Shown here piece by piece: positions 1 to 8,006 of a stretch of DNA of 64,000 nt. The stretch is taken from the NCBI GenBank assembly GCA_963718195.1, contig CAVQYQ010000004.1, positions 94,048 through 158,047 on the forward strand, given 5' to 3'. The first letter of the stretch is position 1; each line of letters begins with the position of its first letter. The notes beneath the pieces are model-generated. The model was given only the letters and a program-made list of their open reading frames with translations, had not been told where the DNA came from and did no database searches. The position numbers were made by a program, and so were the translations under genes. The DNA comes from an uncultured delta proteobacterium (lineage in GTDB: Bacteria; Desulfobacterota; Desulfobulbia; Desulfobulbales; Desulfocapsaceae).

Positions 1-426
1 AGATTTTTCCTGATTGTTTTTCTGCCGCAAGGCTACTTCCTTCTCTTTGGCCCGTCGCTCGACTTCTCTATCTCCTGCGACTCTCAGGCTGCGAGGCACT
101 GCCACATCAATCTGGGCTGTACAGGGTTCACAAACCTCGCGTGGACAATCGGTAATTTCCCAGCATGGAGCATAACGAAGAAGCTTTTTAATGCCCGGTA
201 TGGAAATACCTTCATCATGTATCATCTTCCTGATACATCCTATCCAGATAATATTATTCTGGGAGAAGATACGGCGATTACCATTACGAGCCGGTTTAAC
301 GAGCCCTTCATCCTCATAGATCCGTAGTGTTCTCGGGTGCACATTCAGCAATTGTGCGGCCACACCAATCGAATAAACGGGTGTTTCTGCGGTAATTGGT
401 TGTATTTCCACTTTCTTTCTGGCCAT
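1..426 (-). CDS. MerR/HspR-like transcriptional regulator with Cys-rich C-terminal tail; 3' end runs off the window
   Basis: Absent from the ORF track because there is no stop inside the window. Manual minus-strand translation from the ATG at 424-426 gives MARKKVEIQPITAETPVYSIGVAAQLLNVHPRTLRIYEDEGLVKPARNGNRRIF...KKLLRYAPCWEITDCPREVCEPCTAQ..., with 142 codons open to position 1. It has a MerR-type HTH and is a clear paralogue of 2423..2833. Confidence 0.75.
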   Translation of the reverse strand, partial: MARKKVEIQPITAETPVYSIGVAAQLLNVHPRTLRIYEDEGLVKPARNGNRRIFSQNNIIWIGCIRKMIHDEGISIPGIKKLLRYAPCWEITDCPREVCEPCTAQIDVAVPRSLRVAGDREVERRAKEKEVALRQKNNQEKS

Positions 427-547
427 GTTTTGCCTCCGTGAGACAATCTACACATTGTGGCATGGATTGACAAGGAGGTAATTGGTGAACTGGCCCTCCC
501 CGCAAGGGGGGCTGACCAGTCCGAAGCGTAACGAGTTACCTTGGTGG

Positions 548-1780
548 TCTCAGTGCTCCTCACTGAGGTGACCGCGAAACAGCCGTTCTCCGGCAAGAAA
601 CAGAAAACCGCAGAACCCGATACCGCCAAGCGTTATCATCCATTCATGAAAGGTCGGCACATACGTAAACAACTCCGGATAATCAACCAACCCCATACCG
701 TGATAGTGAGGAACCAGCTGACCAATGATCACCAGGTCATAGCGCATGAAGAAAATGCCGATCATCCCCGCAACTGACGCCACAAACAATACCGGCATAT
801 TACGGCCGCGGACAGAAAGGATCAGAATAAACGGGATAATCATCCCAAGGCCTACCTCGCCAATCCAGAAATTCACCGAGTACGGTCCATTCAGCAACGA
901 CATCATCGCCGTATACTTGCCCGGAGGGTTACCGGTTATACCGGTTATCATCTTCCAACTCGTGAAAAACAGGATCACCGCCATCATCAAAGCACCAAGT
1001 TTGGCAACACTCTCCATCGAATGCTTCATCTCATCGCTCATCTTCCAGTTATTCGCTCGATACGCCAGATACGTGAAGAAGATTATGGCTACGCAACCGG
1101 ACATCGCTGCTGAGGTTATAAAATAGATCGGCATGTACGGTCCATGCCAGAATTCTCGACCGTTGAGAAGCCCAAACACCGCGCCCAGGTTCGAATGGGC
1201 AACAACACCGGTCAGAAGTCCGGCCAGACCAAACATGGTGGCTGTGCGGTGCTGGTCTTTCTGCAGCATCACAAACTCGATCATCATGAAAAAGAGATAC
1301 GCGCCGTAAAGCGTGCCCATCCACCAGATATTCGAGGTCGGGTTGGCTCCAACCACATTGCCAACCGGCATGCGCCAGGAGTTCTCGATCTCAAAGGCGA
1401 TGACCAGAAAACCGGCAACGATGGTCGCGATCGACAGGAACACCGCCCGCTTGGCGATCGGGTTAAAGTTCTTGAAACCAAAGACGTGACCAATTGACGA
1501 GACCATGCACAGTCCTGTCGAGGTCACAACAAAAAACACATAGGCTGCAATCAGTATGCCCCACGGGACATCGCGGGTAACACCGAATGTATGTTCATGC
1601 CCCACCGCTATCGAGTGAACACCCAGGGCCACCCCGGCAATGGTTAACAGACCGCACAGATACACCGCTGCTGAATATTTCCACGAGCTGGGAGAATCCA
1701 GACCCCCTTCCTGCGGCAGCACTCCTGCTAATAGATTGTTCATTGCTCTACTCCTTTCTCTTTGTTAATGCTCATCCGTT
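548..1780. repeat. Copy A of a 1,233-bp perfect direct repeat (partner 6162..7394, offset 5,614 bp)
   Basis: Direct comparison of both stretches, plus identical ORF translations in several frames. Identity covers the nrfD-like CDS, 2 nt beyond its stop and 37 nt upstream of its ATG (including the RBS). The flanks are unrelated. Confidence 0.95.
550..1743 (-). CDS. NrfD/PsrC-family polytopic membrane quinone-interacting subunit (copy 1)
   Basis: 397-aa multi-TM ORF with an NrfD-type N-terminal region (GHEHTFGVTRDVPWGILIAAYVFFVVTSTGLC). An AAGGAG RBS lies upstream of the ATG. It aligns along its full length with 2840..4021 and is identical to 6164..7357. Confidence 0.85.
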   Translation of the reverse strand: MNNLLAGVLPQEGGLDSPSSWKYSAAVYLCGLLTIAGVALGVHSIAVGHEHTFGVTRDVPWGILIAAYVFFVVTSTGLCMVSSIGHVFGFKNFNPIAKRAVFLSIATIVAGFLVIAFEIENSWRMPVGNVVGANPTSNIWWMGTLYGAYLFFMMIEFVMLQKDQHRTATMFGLAGLLTGVVAHSNLGAVFGLLNGREFWHGPYMPIYFITSAAMSGCVAIIFFTYLAYRANNWKMSDEMKHSMESVAKLGALMMAVILFFTSWKMITGITGNPPGKYTAMMSLLNGPYSVNFWIGEVGLGMIIPFILILSVRGRNMPVLFVASVAGMIGIFFMRYDLVIIGQLVPHYHGMGLVDYPELFTYVPTFHEWMITLGGIGFCGFLFLAGERLFRGHLSEEH

Positions 1781-1795
1781 ATTCTCTGGTCACGA

Positions 1796-1912
1796 TTAAC
1801 TTGATTGCTCAGCTTGCTTTTCGGATTTGAGAATATGTTTGATCTTCAGGTCATACAACGTATGAAGTATAGCCCCCCCCAACCAGAAGCAAAGAAACAG
1901 CAGACCGTCCAT
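1796..1912 (-). CDS. Small hydrophobic peptide (38 aa), hypothetical
   Basis: Manual translation gives MDGLLFLCFWLGGAILHTLYDLKIKHILKSEKQAEQSS. A GAGAGGAG RBS lies 5 nt upstream of the ATG at 1910-1912. It is below the ORF-track size cut-off, sits 52 nt upstream of nrfD copy 1 and contains the homopolymer at 1873..1880. Confidence 0.3.
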   Translation of the reverse strand: MDGLLFLCFWLGGAILHTLYDLKIKHILKSEKQAEQSS

Positions 1913-1973
1913 AATGACTCCTCTCATGACTTTTGTTGATATTAACATTTGCAAGATATCGTAAATTAAAAAC

Positions 1974-2002
1974 ATCGTATATTCTTACATTTTAATTGTC
2001 AA
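1974..2002 (-). promoter_or_regulatory. Candidate sigma70-type promoter for the small ORF / nrfD copy 1
   Basis: Minus strand reads TTGACA (1997..2002), a 17-nt spacer, then TACGAT (1974..1979), in an AT-rich intergenic region about 60 nt upstream of the 1912 start. Confidence 0.3.
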
Positions 2003-2347
2003 CTTATTTGTACATGTTGGTTAACTAAAAAACATTAACTGCGAGCGATTATTGCTTTTTTATCATGTTATATCATGTGCTTAAAAGGTATGAAGTATTT
2101 TCTAATTTTCAGGCGCATTTTGCTCCTTGGTGCATCGATGAACGTCGAGGGCTCAAATTGCGCCCACTTTGATGAGTTCAGGCTGAGTATTTCTCGACTT
2201 GCGTCGGCCTGCTGGCCACGGAGCGTTGGCAAGACTCTTCCTACGGCCTTTTCCAAAAGAGACACAGGATCGCTGGCCGTATCGACACGGGGATGGAAAT
2301 GAGCCGAGAAAACAGTGGTATATGATACGGACAGCGATAGGTGATGG

Positions 2348-2394
2348 ATAAAGAGAAACGCCCCCGGTCGATGGATGATACGACCGGGGGCGTT
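2348..2394 (-). terminator. Rho-independent terminator downstream of the MerR-like gene
   Basis: Perfect 14-bp stem AACGCCCCCGGTCG / CGACCGGGGGCGTT (2357..2370 and 2381..2394) with a 10-nt loop, followed on the minus strand by TCTCTTTAT. It lies about 30 nt after the stop at 2423. Confidence 0.7.
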
Positions 2395-2422
2395 GGTTGT
2401 TGAGGTGACTGCTGATGTTTAA

Positions 2423-2833
2423 TTAGACGTTTACAACATGCTTTTTCTTTCTTTGCGGAACTGGTTTTAACCTCACCACCTTGTTTGGCACGAGGGTATT
2501 GGAGAAAAACGCACTGCAACGCTGCCTTTTCTCAAACGGACAATCAATAATATTCCAGCAGGGAGTATAAGCCAGCAGCTTCTTGACCGCGTTGATGCTG
2601 ATTCCATGTTCATGAATCATCTCCCGCAGACATTCAATCCACTTGATATCGCGCATGGAATAATATCTCCACTTACCTCTTCTGGCTGGCCGTACTAAAC
2701 CGCTTTCTTCATAATTCCGGAGGGTACGCTGGTGAACTTCCAGAATTTTTGCTGCCATTCCGATAGTGAAGATTGGTTCATCTTGAGAGATCATTTCATA
2801 TCCTCCTTGACCACCTTCTGGATCAACATACAT
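2423..2833 (-). CDS. MerR/HspR-like transcriptional regulator with C-terminal Cys motif
   Basis: HTH region IFTIGMAAKILEVHQRTLRNYEESGLVRPARRGKWRYYS, and tail PCWNIIDCPFEKRQRC (C-x5-C-x7-C). The start at 2833 is 6 nt after the upstream nrfD-like stop, with GAGGAG 9 nt upstream. An alternative start at 2794 (MISQDEP) has a GGAGG RBS. Confidence 0.8.
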   Translation of the reverse strand: MYVDPEGGQGGYEMISQDEPIFTIGMAAKILEVHQRTLRNYEESGLVRPARRGKWRYYSMRDIKWIECLREMIHEHGISINAVKKLLAYTPCWNIIDCPFEKRQRCSAFFSNTLVPNKVVRLKPVPQRKKKHVVNV

Positions 2834-2839
2834 TCTCTA

Positions 2840-4021
2840 TTACTCCTCATCATGATGGGTAAATCGTTCACCAAGAAGATATTCGCCGACCAGGAAACAC
2901 ACGCCAAGCAGACCGATACCACTGAGAACAATCCCAAGTTCGGGGGCCGTGGGTGCGTAACTCAACTGTGCGGGCACCCCTTCATAACCTGAATATTGAG
3001 GAATTAACTGGCCAGCGACAACGAGATTCAATCTCGAGAAAAATTGTCCAACAAGAATCATCAGAGCCGCGGCAGATAGAGCCTGAATCGACTCGAGACG
3101 TGTCATGATCAGCAACACGAAGGGAAAGACAAGTCCGATACCGATTTCAAACAACCAGAAATTGGTGGACAATGATCCGGTCGTCAACAACTTTGCAGCA
3201 CTCCCGACAGCCTCTGAACCGACAGATGCGTTGATAAATTTCCAGGCGGTGGCAATGCCGATCAGAAAAATCATCAGTGCCATAACCTTTCCTGCAGTCT
3301 GCATACCGTCAAACGTTTTTCCTCCGAGCGGGCGCTTCCTCAGGGCGTATGCTCCATGGGTAAACAGGACAATGGCTGCAGCACCGGAGAGAAATGCAGA
3401 TGCGAGGAAAAAAATAGGCAGTTGGGAGCCATACCAGAACGGCCTGGAATTCAGGGAAGCGAACACCGACCCGAGGTTACTGTTTGCTAACAACTCAGTA
3501 ACAGCAGCACAAACACCGAGGATAACGGCAAGTTTATAGCGCCTAGTAATTATCAGGAACAGTTCTGCTAACATGATACCCACAGCCATACCGTAGAGGG
3601 TGCCCATCCACCAGATATTTGAAGTTGGATTTGGGTGGAGTATAACCCCCAGTGGCATCCGCCAGACATTTTCAATCTCAAGCCCGATGACGAGAAAGGC
3701 AGCAAGAATCGCAGCAATCGACAGCCAGACCATACGGTTGGCCAGTGGAGCAAGGTTATTACCACCGAAAAGATGGCTTAATGCTGCAAGACCGCACAAG
3801 CCGGTGGATATAATAGCAAAATATGCATAGGTACTGATTGCGATACCCCAGGGAACCCCTCGTGAAACACCAAAAGCATGGTGATGACCCACATAAAGAG
3901 CGTACAGTCCGCCCGAGATACCAATTGCTGTCATGGCGAGCATGACCCATAATAATAGATTGAATTGAGGCTTACTGATCTCCTGCCCCTGAACGACTGC
4001 TGTTTGATACTGAATAGACAT
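2840..4021 (-). CDS. NrfD/PsrC-family polytopic membrane protein (divergent paralogue)
   Basis: 393-aa multi-TM ORF with GHHHAFGVSRGVPWGIAISTYAYFAIISTGLC, aligning with the 397-aa copies. A GGAGG RBS lies upstream of the ATG at 4021. Confidence 0.85.
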   Translation of the reverse strand: MSIQYQTAVVQGQEISKPQFNLLLWVMLAMTAIGISGGLYALYVGHHHAFGVSRGVPWGIAISTYAYFAIISTGLCGLAALSHLFGGNNLAPLANRMVWLSIAAILAAFLVIGLEIENVWRMPLGVILHPNPTSNIWWMGTLYGMAVGIMLAELFLIITRRYKLAVILGVCAAVTELLANSNLGSVFASLNSRPFWYGSQLPIFFLASAFLSGAAAIVLFTHGAYALRKRPLGGKTFDGMQTAGKVMALMIFLIGIATAWKFINASVGSEAVGSAAKLLTTGSLSTNFWLFEIGIGLVFPFVLLIMTRLESIQALSAAALMILVGQFFSRLNLVVAGQLIPQYSGYEGVPAQLSYAPTAPELGIVLSGIGLLGVCFLVGEYLLGERFTHHDEE

Positions 4022-4066
4022 AATTCCTCCTTTGCTTCTGCCTGTGACGGTAAAATGTATTGCTTC

Positions 4067-4297
4067 TTACATTGCTTCATTGTTTAACGATTCCGGTTCC
4101 TGCATGGTGCCTTCCATATCTTTGTTGAAGAACAGGTATGCCAGGACAATTGGAGCAGAGAACGGACCGAGAACGATAAAAAGAGCGAGACAGAGCGAGA
4201 ACCAGAACCCCTCGACTATCTTCTCTCGACAGCTCACCAGTGAACCCAGGCTGATCCTGTTAAATGCTTTTCTTGTTTCAAGATATGTTGCAGCCAT
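4067..4297 (-). CDS. Small membrane protein (76 aa), hypothetical
   Basis: The internal Met of the 117-aa track ORF is preceded by a GAGGAGG RBS (MAATYLETRKAFNR...). There is one strongly hydrophobic segment, FWFSLCLALFIVLGPFSAPIVLAYLFF. The gene ends 45 nt upstream of the nrfD paralogue. Confidence 0.45.
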   Translation of the reverse strand: MAATYLETRKAFNRISLGSLVSCREKIVEGFWFSLCLALFIVLGPFSAPIVLAYLFFNKDMEGTMQEPESLNNEAM

Positions 4298-4682
4298 GAT
4301 GACCTCCTCGTGGGTTGATTGCTGATTATCTTTACTCTTGATAAAGCAAGCGATATGCCAACCTTTCAGATCATTTAAGCAAATAATTAATAAATTTATA
4401 AAATACTGATATAACTGCAATTAAATAAATATTTTTGTTTTAATAACAAGAAAGACGGAACAGGATTTCCAAATACTTTTACCCCAGAGGACGCAATATG
4501 CGTCTTGAGGTATAACCAGTGAGGCGAATCTTGCGCCTTGTTGGTTTAAGGAGCATATTAGTTGTTATACTAAATAGTTATGGATAAACATGGGGGAGGC
4601 AATAACCAACAGCAGCTATTGTCAAGGCCAGCGAATCATCGACGAACTGCAAAAACTACATAATTTCAATATGTTATTGGCT

Positions 4683-4711
4683 GCGAAAAGAGAGGGCGCA
4701 GAACACGCCCT
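4683..4711 (-). terminator. Candidate terminator after the cytochrome c gene
   Basis: Stem AGGGCG / CGCCCT (4693..4698 and 4706..4711) with a 7-nt loop, followed on the minus strand by CTCTTTTC. Confidence 0.45.
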
Positions 4712-4840
4712 ATAACGCGAGATTACGTGGGTCTGTTTCCGACCTGCTGGAGACGAAGAAATGTAAGAGGGATGAAAAGATGCTGGAAGGTCGAAATGAT
4801 GGGCAGACTGCTCATCATTTCGACCTTCTAGGAAGAACGT

Positions 4841-5269
4841 TTAGTGACCGCCCCCAGCTTCCCCGGGCGAGTCACCACGGAGCAACCGAGCATGGCCCAG
4901 AACGCCAATATGACAAGAGGTACAGCGGGTATTTGAAGCAAATGCAGTATCGCCATCATGGCAGGCACCGCAATAATTGCCCTCGTAAAGCGATTCCATG
5001 TTAAAATCATCTGCTTCCTGGGCGACTCCTGCTTCCATTTCGAACAGGTCATCATGACAGGATTCACAATCGAGGTCCTGCTCCATGGTGTGTGTCTTGT
5101 GATTGAATATGACGGCTTTAACCGGCTTTGTCCAGACAATTGGTGCTTCCGGGCCATAGGTGTCCTCATCATAAGGCTCCTGCTCTTCAGCAGGCTGATT
5201 TGAAGCCGAAATGGCAACAAAGCTGAACGTGGCCAGCCCCAGGATGATTATCATTACTATTTTATTCAT
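4841..5269 (-). CDS. Periplasmic triheme c-type cytochrome (cytochrome c7/c3-like)
   Basis: Three CxxCH motifs (CESCH, CGACH, CTSCH) plus FNHKTH. Signal peptide MNKIVMIIILGLATFSFVAISA. The start at 5269 is chosen because a GGGAGAG RBS lies 5 nt upstream; the track ORF starts at 5284. Confidence 0.85.
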   Translation of the reverse strand: MNKIVMIIILGLATFSFVAISASNQPAEEQEPYDEDTYGPEAPIVWTKPVKAVIFNHKTHTMEQDLDCESCHDDLFEMEAGVAQEADDFNMESLYEGNYCGACHDGDTAFASNTRCTSCHIGVLGHARLLRGDSPGEAGGGH

Positions 5270-5346
5270 TATGCTCTCCCACAATCCCGCGATAGTTAAG
5301 ATTCACGTATTGACATTTTCTCTGGTAAATGAATGACTCCATACAA

Positions 5347-6102
5347 TTATGCATTTGTATAGAATACGTTTGGCAACGCACCGGCTTCTTGACGCAGCAC
5401 CCAGACAATGGTTTCCGGCGCATGTACCAGCGCAAATACCCGACTGTTATTATCACTTAAATCTCCGAACACTCTGACATCGGCAGGACATGCATCAGAA
5501 CATGCTGTTGTCGTTTCACCCTTTGACAGTTTGGTATCATAACAGAAATTACATTTATCAACGGCCCGGGTCTCTTCGTCAAAATATCTGGCATTATAGG
5601 GACAGGCAGTCATACAGGTTTTGCAGCCGATACAACGACCCTCATTCATCACCACAATACCGGTTTTTTCATCTTTCCAGGTTGCAGTTGTCGGACAAAC
5701 ACGAACACAGGGAGGCCTGTTACAGTGGTTGCAGAGAACCGGCATAAATATGGTTTCAAACCCGCCTCCGACAATATCTCTGCGCTTTTCAAGAATGGTC
5801 GTCCTGAACCCGTAAGCAGGAACGTGATTGGTCTCAACACATGCTTCCTTGCATAACTCACAATCAATGCAGAACCGTTCGCGGATAACCATGGAATAGT
5901 GAGGGCTATACGGATATTTACCCACTTTTGGAACGACCCCTTCAGCCATGACATTTTTGGCTGAAGTTAAAGAAAGAACCGTACCGCCAAGGTAGACACC
6001 GGTAACAGCCAAACCAATTTTCAACAGGGACCTTCTTTCTTTTGAGGGAAGAACATCTGGACTTTCTGGTTTCATTTTTTCAAGCTCTTCAATCTTCATC
6101 AC
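5347..6102 (-). CDS. Tat-exported 4Fe-4S ferredoxin-type subunit (NrfC/PsrB/DmsB-like)
   Basis: Twin-arginine motif KERRSLLKIG followed by a hydrophobic stretch. Multiple Cys clusters: CIDCELCKEAC, CNHCNRPPCVRVCP, CIGCKTCMTACP. Confidence 0.9.
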   Translation of the reverse strand: MMKIEELEKMKPESPDVLPSKERRSLLKIGLAVTGVYLGGTVLSLTSAKNVMAEGVVPKVGKYPYSPHYSMVIRERFCIDCELCKEACVETNHVPAYGFRTTILEKRRDIVGGGFETIFMPVLCNHCNRPPCVRVCPTTATWKDEKTGIVVMNEGRCIGCKTCMTACPYNARYFDEETRAVDKCNFCYDTKLSKGETTTACSDACPADVRVFGDLSDNNSRVFALVHAPETIVWVLRQEAGALPNVFYTNA

Positions 6103-6161
6103 TGGCTCTCAAAGTATAGTTACAGCCGATTATGGCCATTTTAAAATTTCATTGTTCCTTT

Positions 6162-7394
6162 TCTCAGTGCTCCTCACTGAGGTGACCGCGAAACAGCCGT
6201 TCTCCGGCAAGAAACAGAAAACCGCAGAACCCGATACCGCCAAGCGTTATCATCCATTCATGAAAGGTCGGCACATACGTAAACAACTCCGGATAATCAA
6301 CCAACCCCATACCGTGATAGTGAGGAACCAGCTGACCAATGATCACCAGGTCATAGCGCATGAAGAAAATGCCGATCATCCCCGCAACTGACGCCACAAA
6401 CAATACCGGCATATTACGGCCGCGGACAGAAAGGATCAGAATAAACGGGATAATCATCCCAAGGCCTACCTCGCCAATCCAGAAATTCACCGAGTACGGT
6501 CCATTCAGCAACGACATCATCGCCGTATACTTGCCCGGAGGGTTACCGGTTATACCGGTTATCATCTTCCAACTCGTGAAAAACAGGATCACCGCCATCA
6601 TCAAAGCACCAAGTTTGGCAACACTCTCCATCGAATGCTTCATCTCATCGCTCATCTTCCAGTTATTCGCTCGATACGCCAGATACGTGAAGAAGATTAT
6701 GGCTACGCAACCGGACATCGCTGCTGAGGTTATAAAATAGATCGGCATGTACGGTCCATGCCAGAATTCTCGACCGTTGAGAAGCCCAAACACCGCGCCC
6801 AGGTTCGAATGGGCAACAACACCGGTCAGAAGTCCGGCCAGACCAAACATGGTGGCTGTGCGGTGCTGGTCTTTCTGCAGCATCACAAACTCGATCATCA
6901 TGAAAAAGAGATACGCGCCGTAAAGCGTGCCCATCCACCAGATATTCGAGGTCGGGTTGGCTCCAACCACATTGCCAACCGGCATGCGCCAGGAGTTCTC
7001 GATCTCAAAGGCGATGACCAGAAAACCGGCAACGATGGTCGCGATCGACAGGAACACCGCCCGCTTGGCGATCGGGTTAAAGTTCTTGAAACCAAAGACG
7101 TGACCAATTGACGAGACCATGCACAGTCCTGTCGAGGTCACAACAAAAAACACATAGGCTGCAATCAGTATGCCCCACGGGACATCGCGGGTAACACCGA
7201 ATGTATGTTCATGCCCCACCGCTATCGAGTGAACACCCAGGGCCACCCCGGCAATGGTTAACAGACCGCACAGATACACCGCTGCTGAATATTTCCACGA
7301 GCTGGGAGAATCCAGACCCCCTTCCTGCGGCAGCACTCCTGCTAATAGATTGTTCATTGCTCTACTCCTTTCTCTTTGTTAATGCTCATCCGTT
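6162..7394. repeat. Copy B of the 1,233-bp perfect direct repeat (partner 548..1780)
   Basis: See copy A. The junctions differ outside 6162 and 7394. Confidence 0.95.
6164..7357 (-). CDS. NrfD/PsrC-family membrane subunit (copy 2, identical to 550..1743); first gene of the nrfD / Fe-S / cytochrome c operon
   Basis: 397-aa translation identical to copy 1. It ends 61 nt upstream of the Fe-S gene on the same strand. Confidence 0.85.
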   Translation of the reverse strand: MNNLLAGVLPQEGGLDSPSSWKYSAAVYLCGLLTIAGVALGVHSIAVGHEHTFGVTRDVPWGILIAAYVFFVVTSTGLCMVSSIGHVFGFKNFNPIAKRAVFLSIATIVAGFLVIAFEIENSWRMPVGNVVGANPTSNIWWMGTLYGAYLFFMMIEFVMLQKDQHRTATMFGLAGLLTGVVAHSNLGAVFGLLNGREFWHGPYMPIYFITSAAMSGCVAIIFFTYLAYRANNWKMSDEMKHSMESVAKLGALMMAVILFFTSWKMITGITGNPPGKYTAMMSLLNGPYSVNFWIGEVGLGMIIPFILILSVRGRNMPVLFVASVAGMIGIFFMRYDLVIIGQLVPHYHGMGLVDYPELFTYVPTFHEWMITLGGIGFCGFLFLAGERLFRGHLSEEH

Positions 7395-7904
7395 CAAACT
7401 AAAAAACCTGACCCTGGCCGTCACCTGCGAAGAATTGACGGTCAATAGTCAGGATAACAATTCATAATAATGGTGCTGAAATTACGCTGTACCGGAAATG
7501 TTTCAAACATCGTTTTATCGAGGAATATTTGTCGCGCATTGATCCTTGTCTGTCCAAGGTCGGAAACCACCTGCGATCATTGTTGGATCAACCATGGAAA
7601 ATCACCAGCAATGTACTCCAAAAACAAAAATACGTACACCAAAAAAGAGGTACCACAAATGTCCTTTTGAACCGTATTACAGAACCTTCAAGTAATAAAT
7701 GTATTAATTAAATATGTACCACAAATGAGATTACTAAGGTAGCTCACCTCTGTCAAGAATTTTGGTGCAAATGCACACAAATTTTATTTTTCACCTTATT
7801 ATGAGGTGTCAGACAGCGTAAATTGCATACCACAATGCAGTATTTAGACTTATTTGTTGTCAGGCATGATGTGCTGTTTTCCAGGTTGAGTTTCTTGCAG
7901 GATA

Positions 7905-7940
7905 GATACAATTCCTGATACAATTCCTGTTACAATTCCT
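7905..7940. repeat. Three tandem 12-bp repeats (GATACAATTCCT, GATACAATTCCT, GTTACAATTCCT)
   Basis: Read directly. The repeats lie in the 650-bp divergent intergenic region, 67 nt upstream of the ATG at 8007. Confidence 0.9.
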
Positions 7941-8006
7941 CGGCAAACGATGAAAAGTAGGATAAAATAATATCATTATTATATTTCAGACGATTCAGGC
8001 GTATCA

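Noticed and set aside
746-1497. Plus-strand and alternative-frame ORFs inside the nrfD copies (746..1126, 1049..1324, 1144..1497, 1284..1493 and their twins at 6360..7111)
   Set aside because: They are shadow ORFs fully embedded in a well-supported membrane-protein gene. They have low-complexity or Arg/Pro-rich translations and no RBS.
548-7394. The 1.2-kb direct repeats as the ends of a composite transposon or IS pair
   Set aside because: The repeat encodes only an NrfD-family membrane protein. It has no transposase, no terminal inverted repeats and no recognisable target-site duplication.
7905-7940. The tandem 12-bp repeats as a CRISPR array or minisatellite coding repeat
   Set aside because: There are only three contiguous units with no spacers. 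The repeats are too short for CRISPR and lie outside any ORF.
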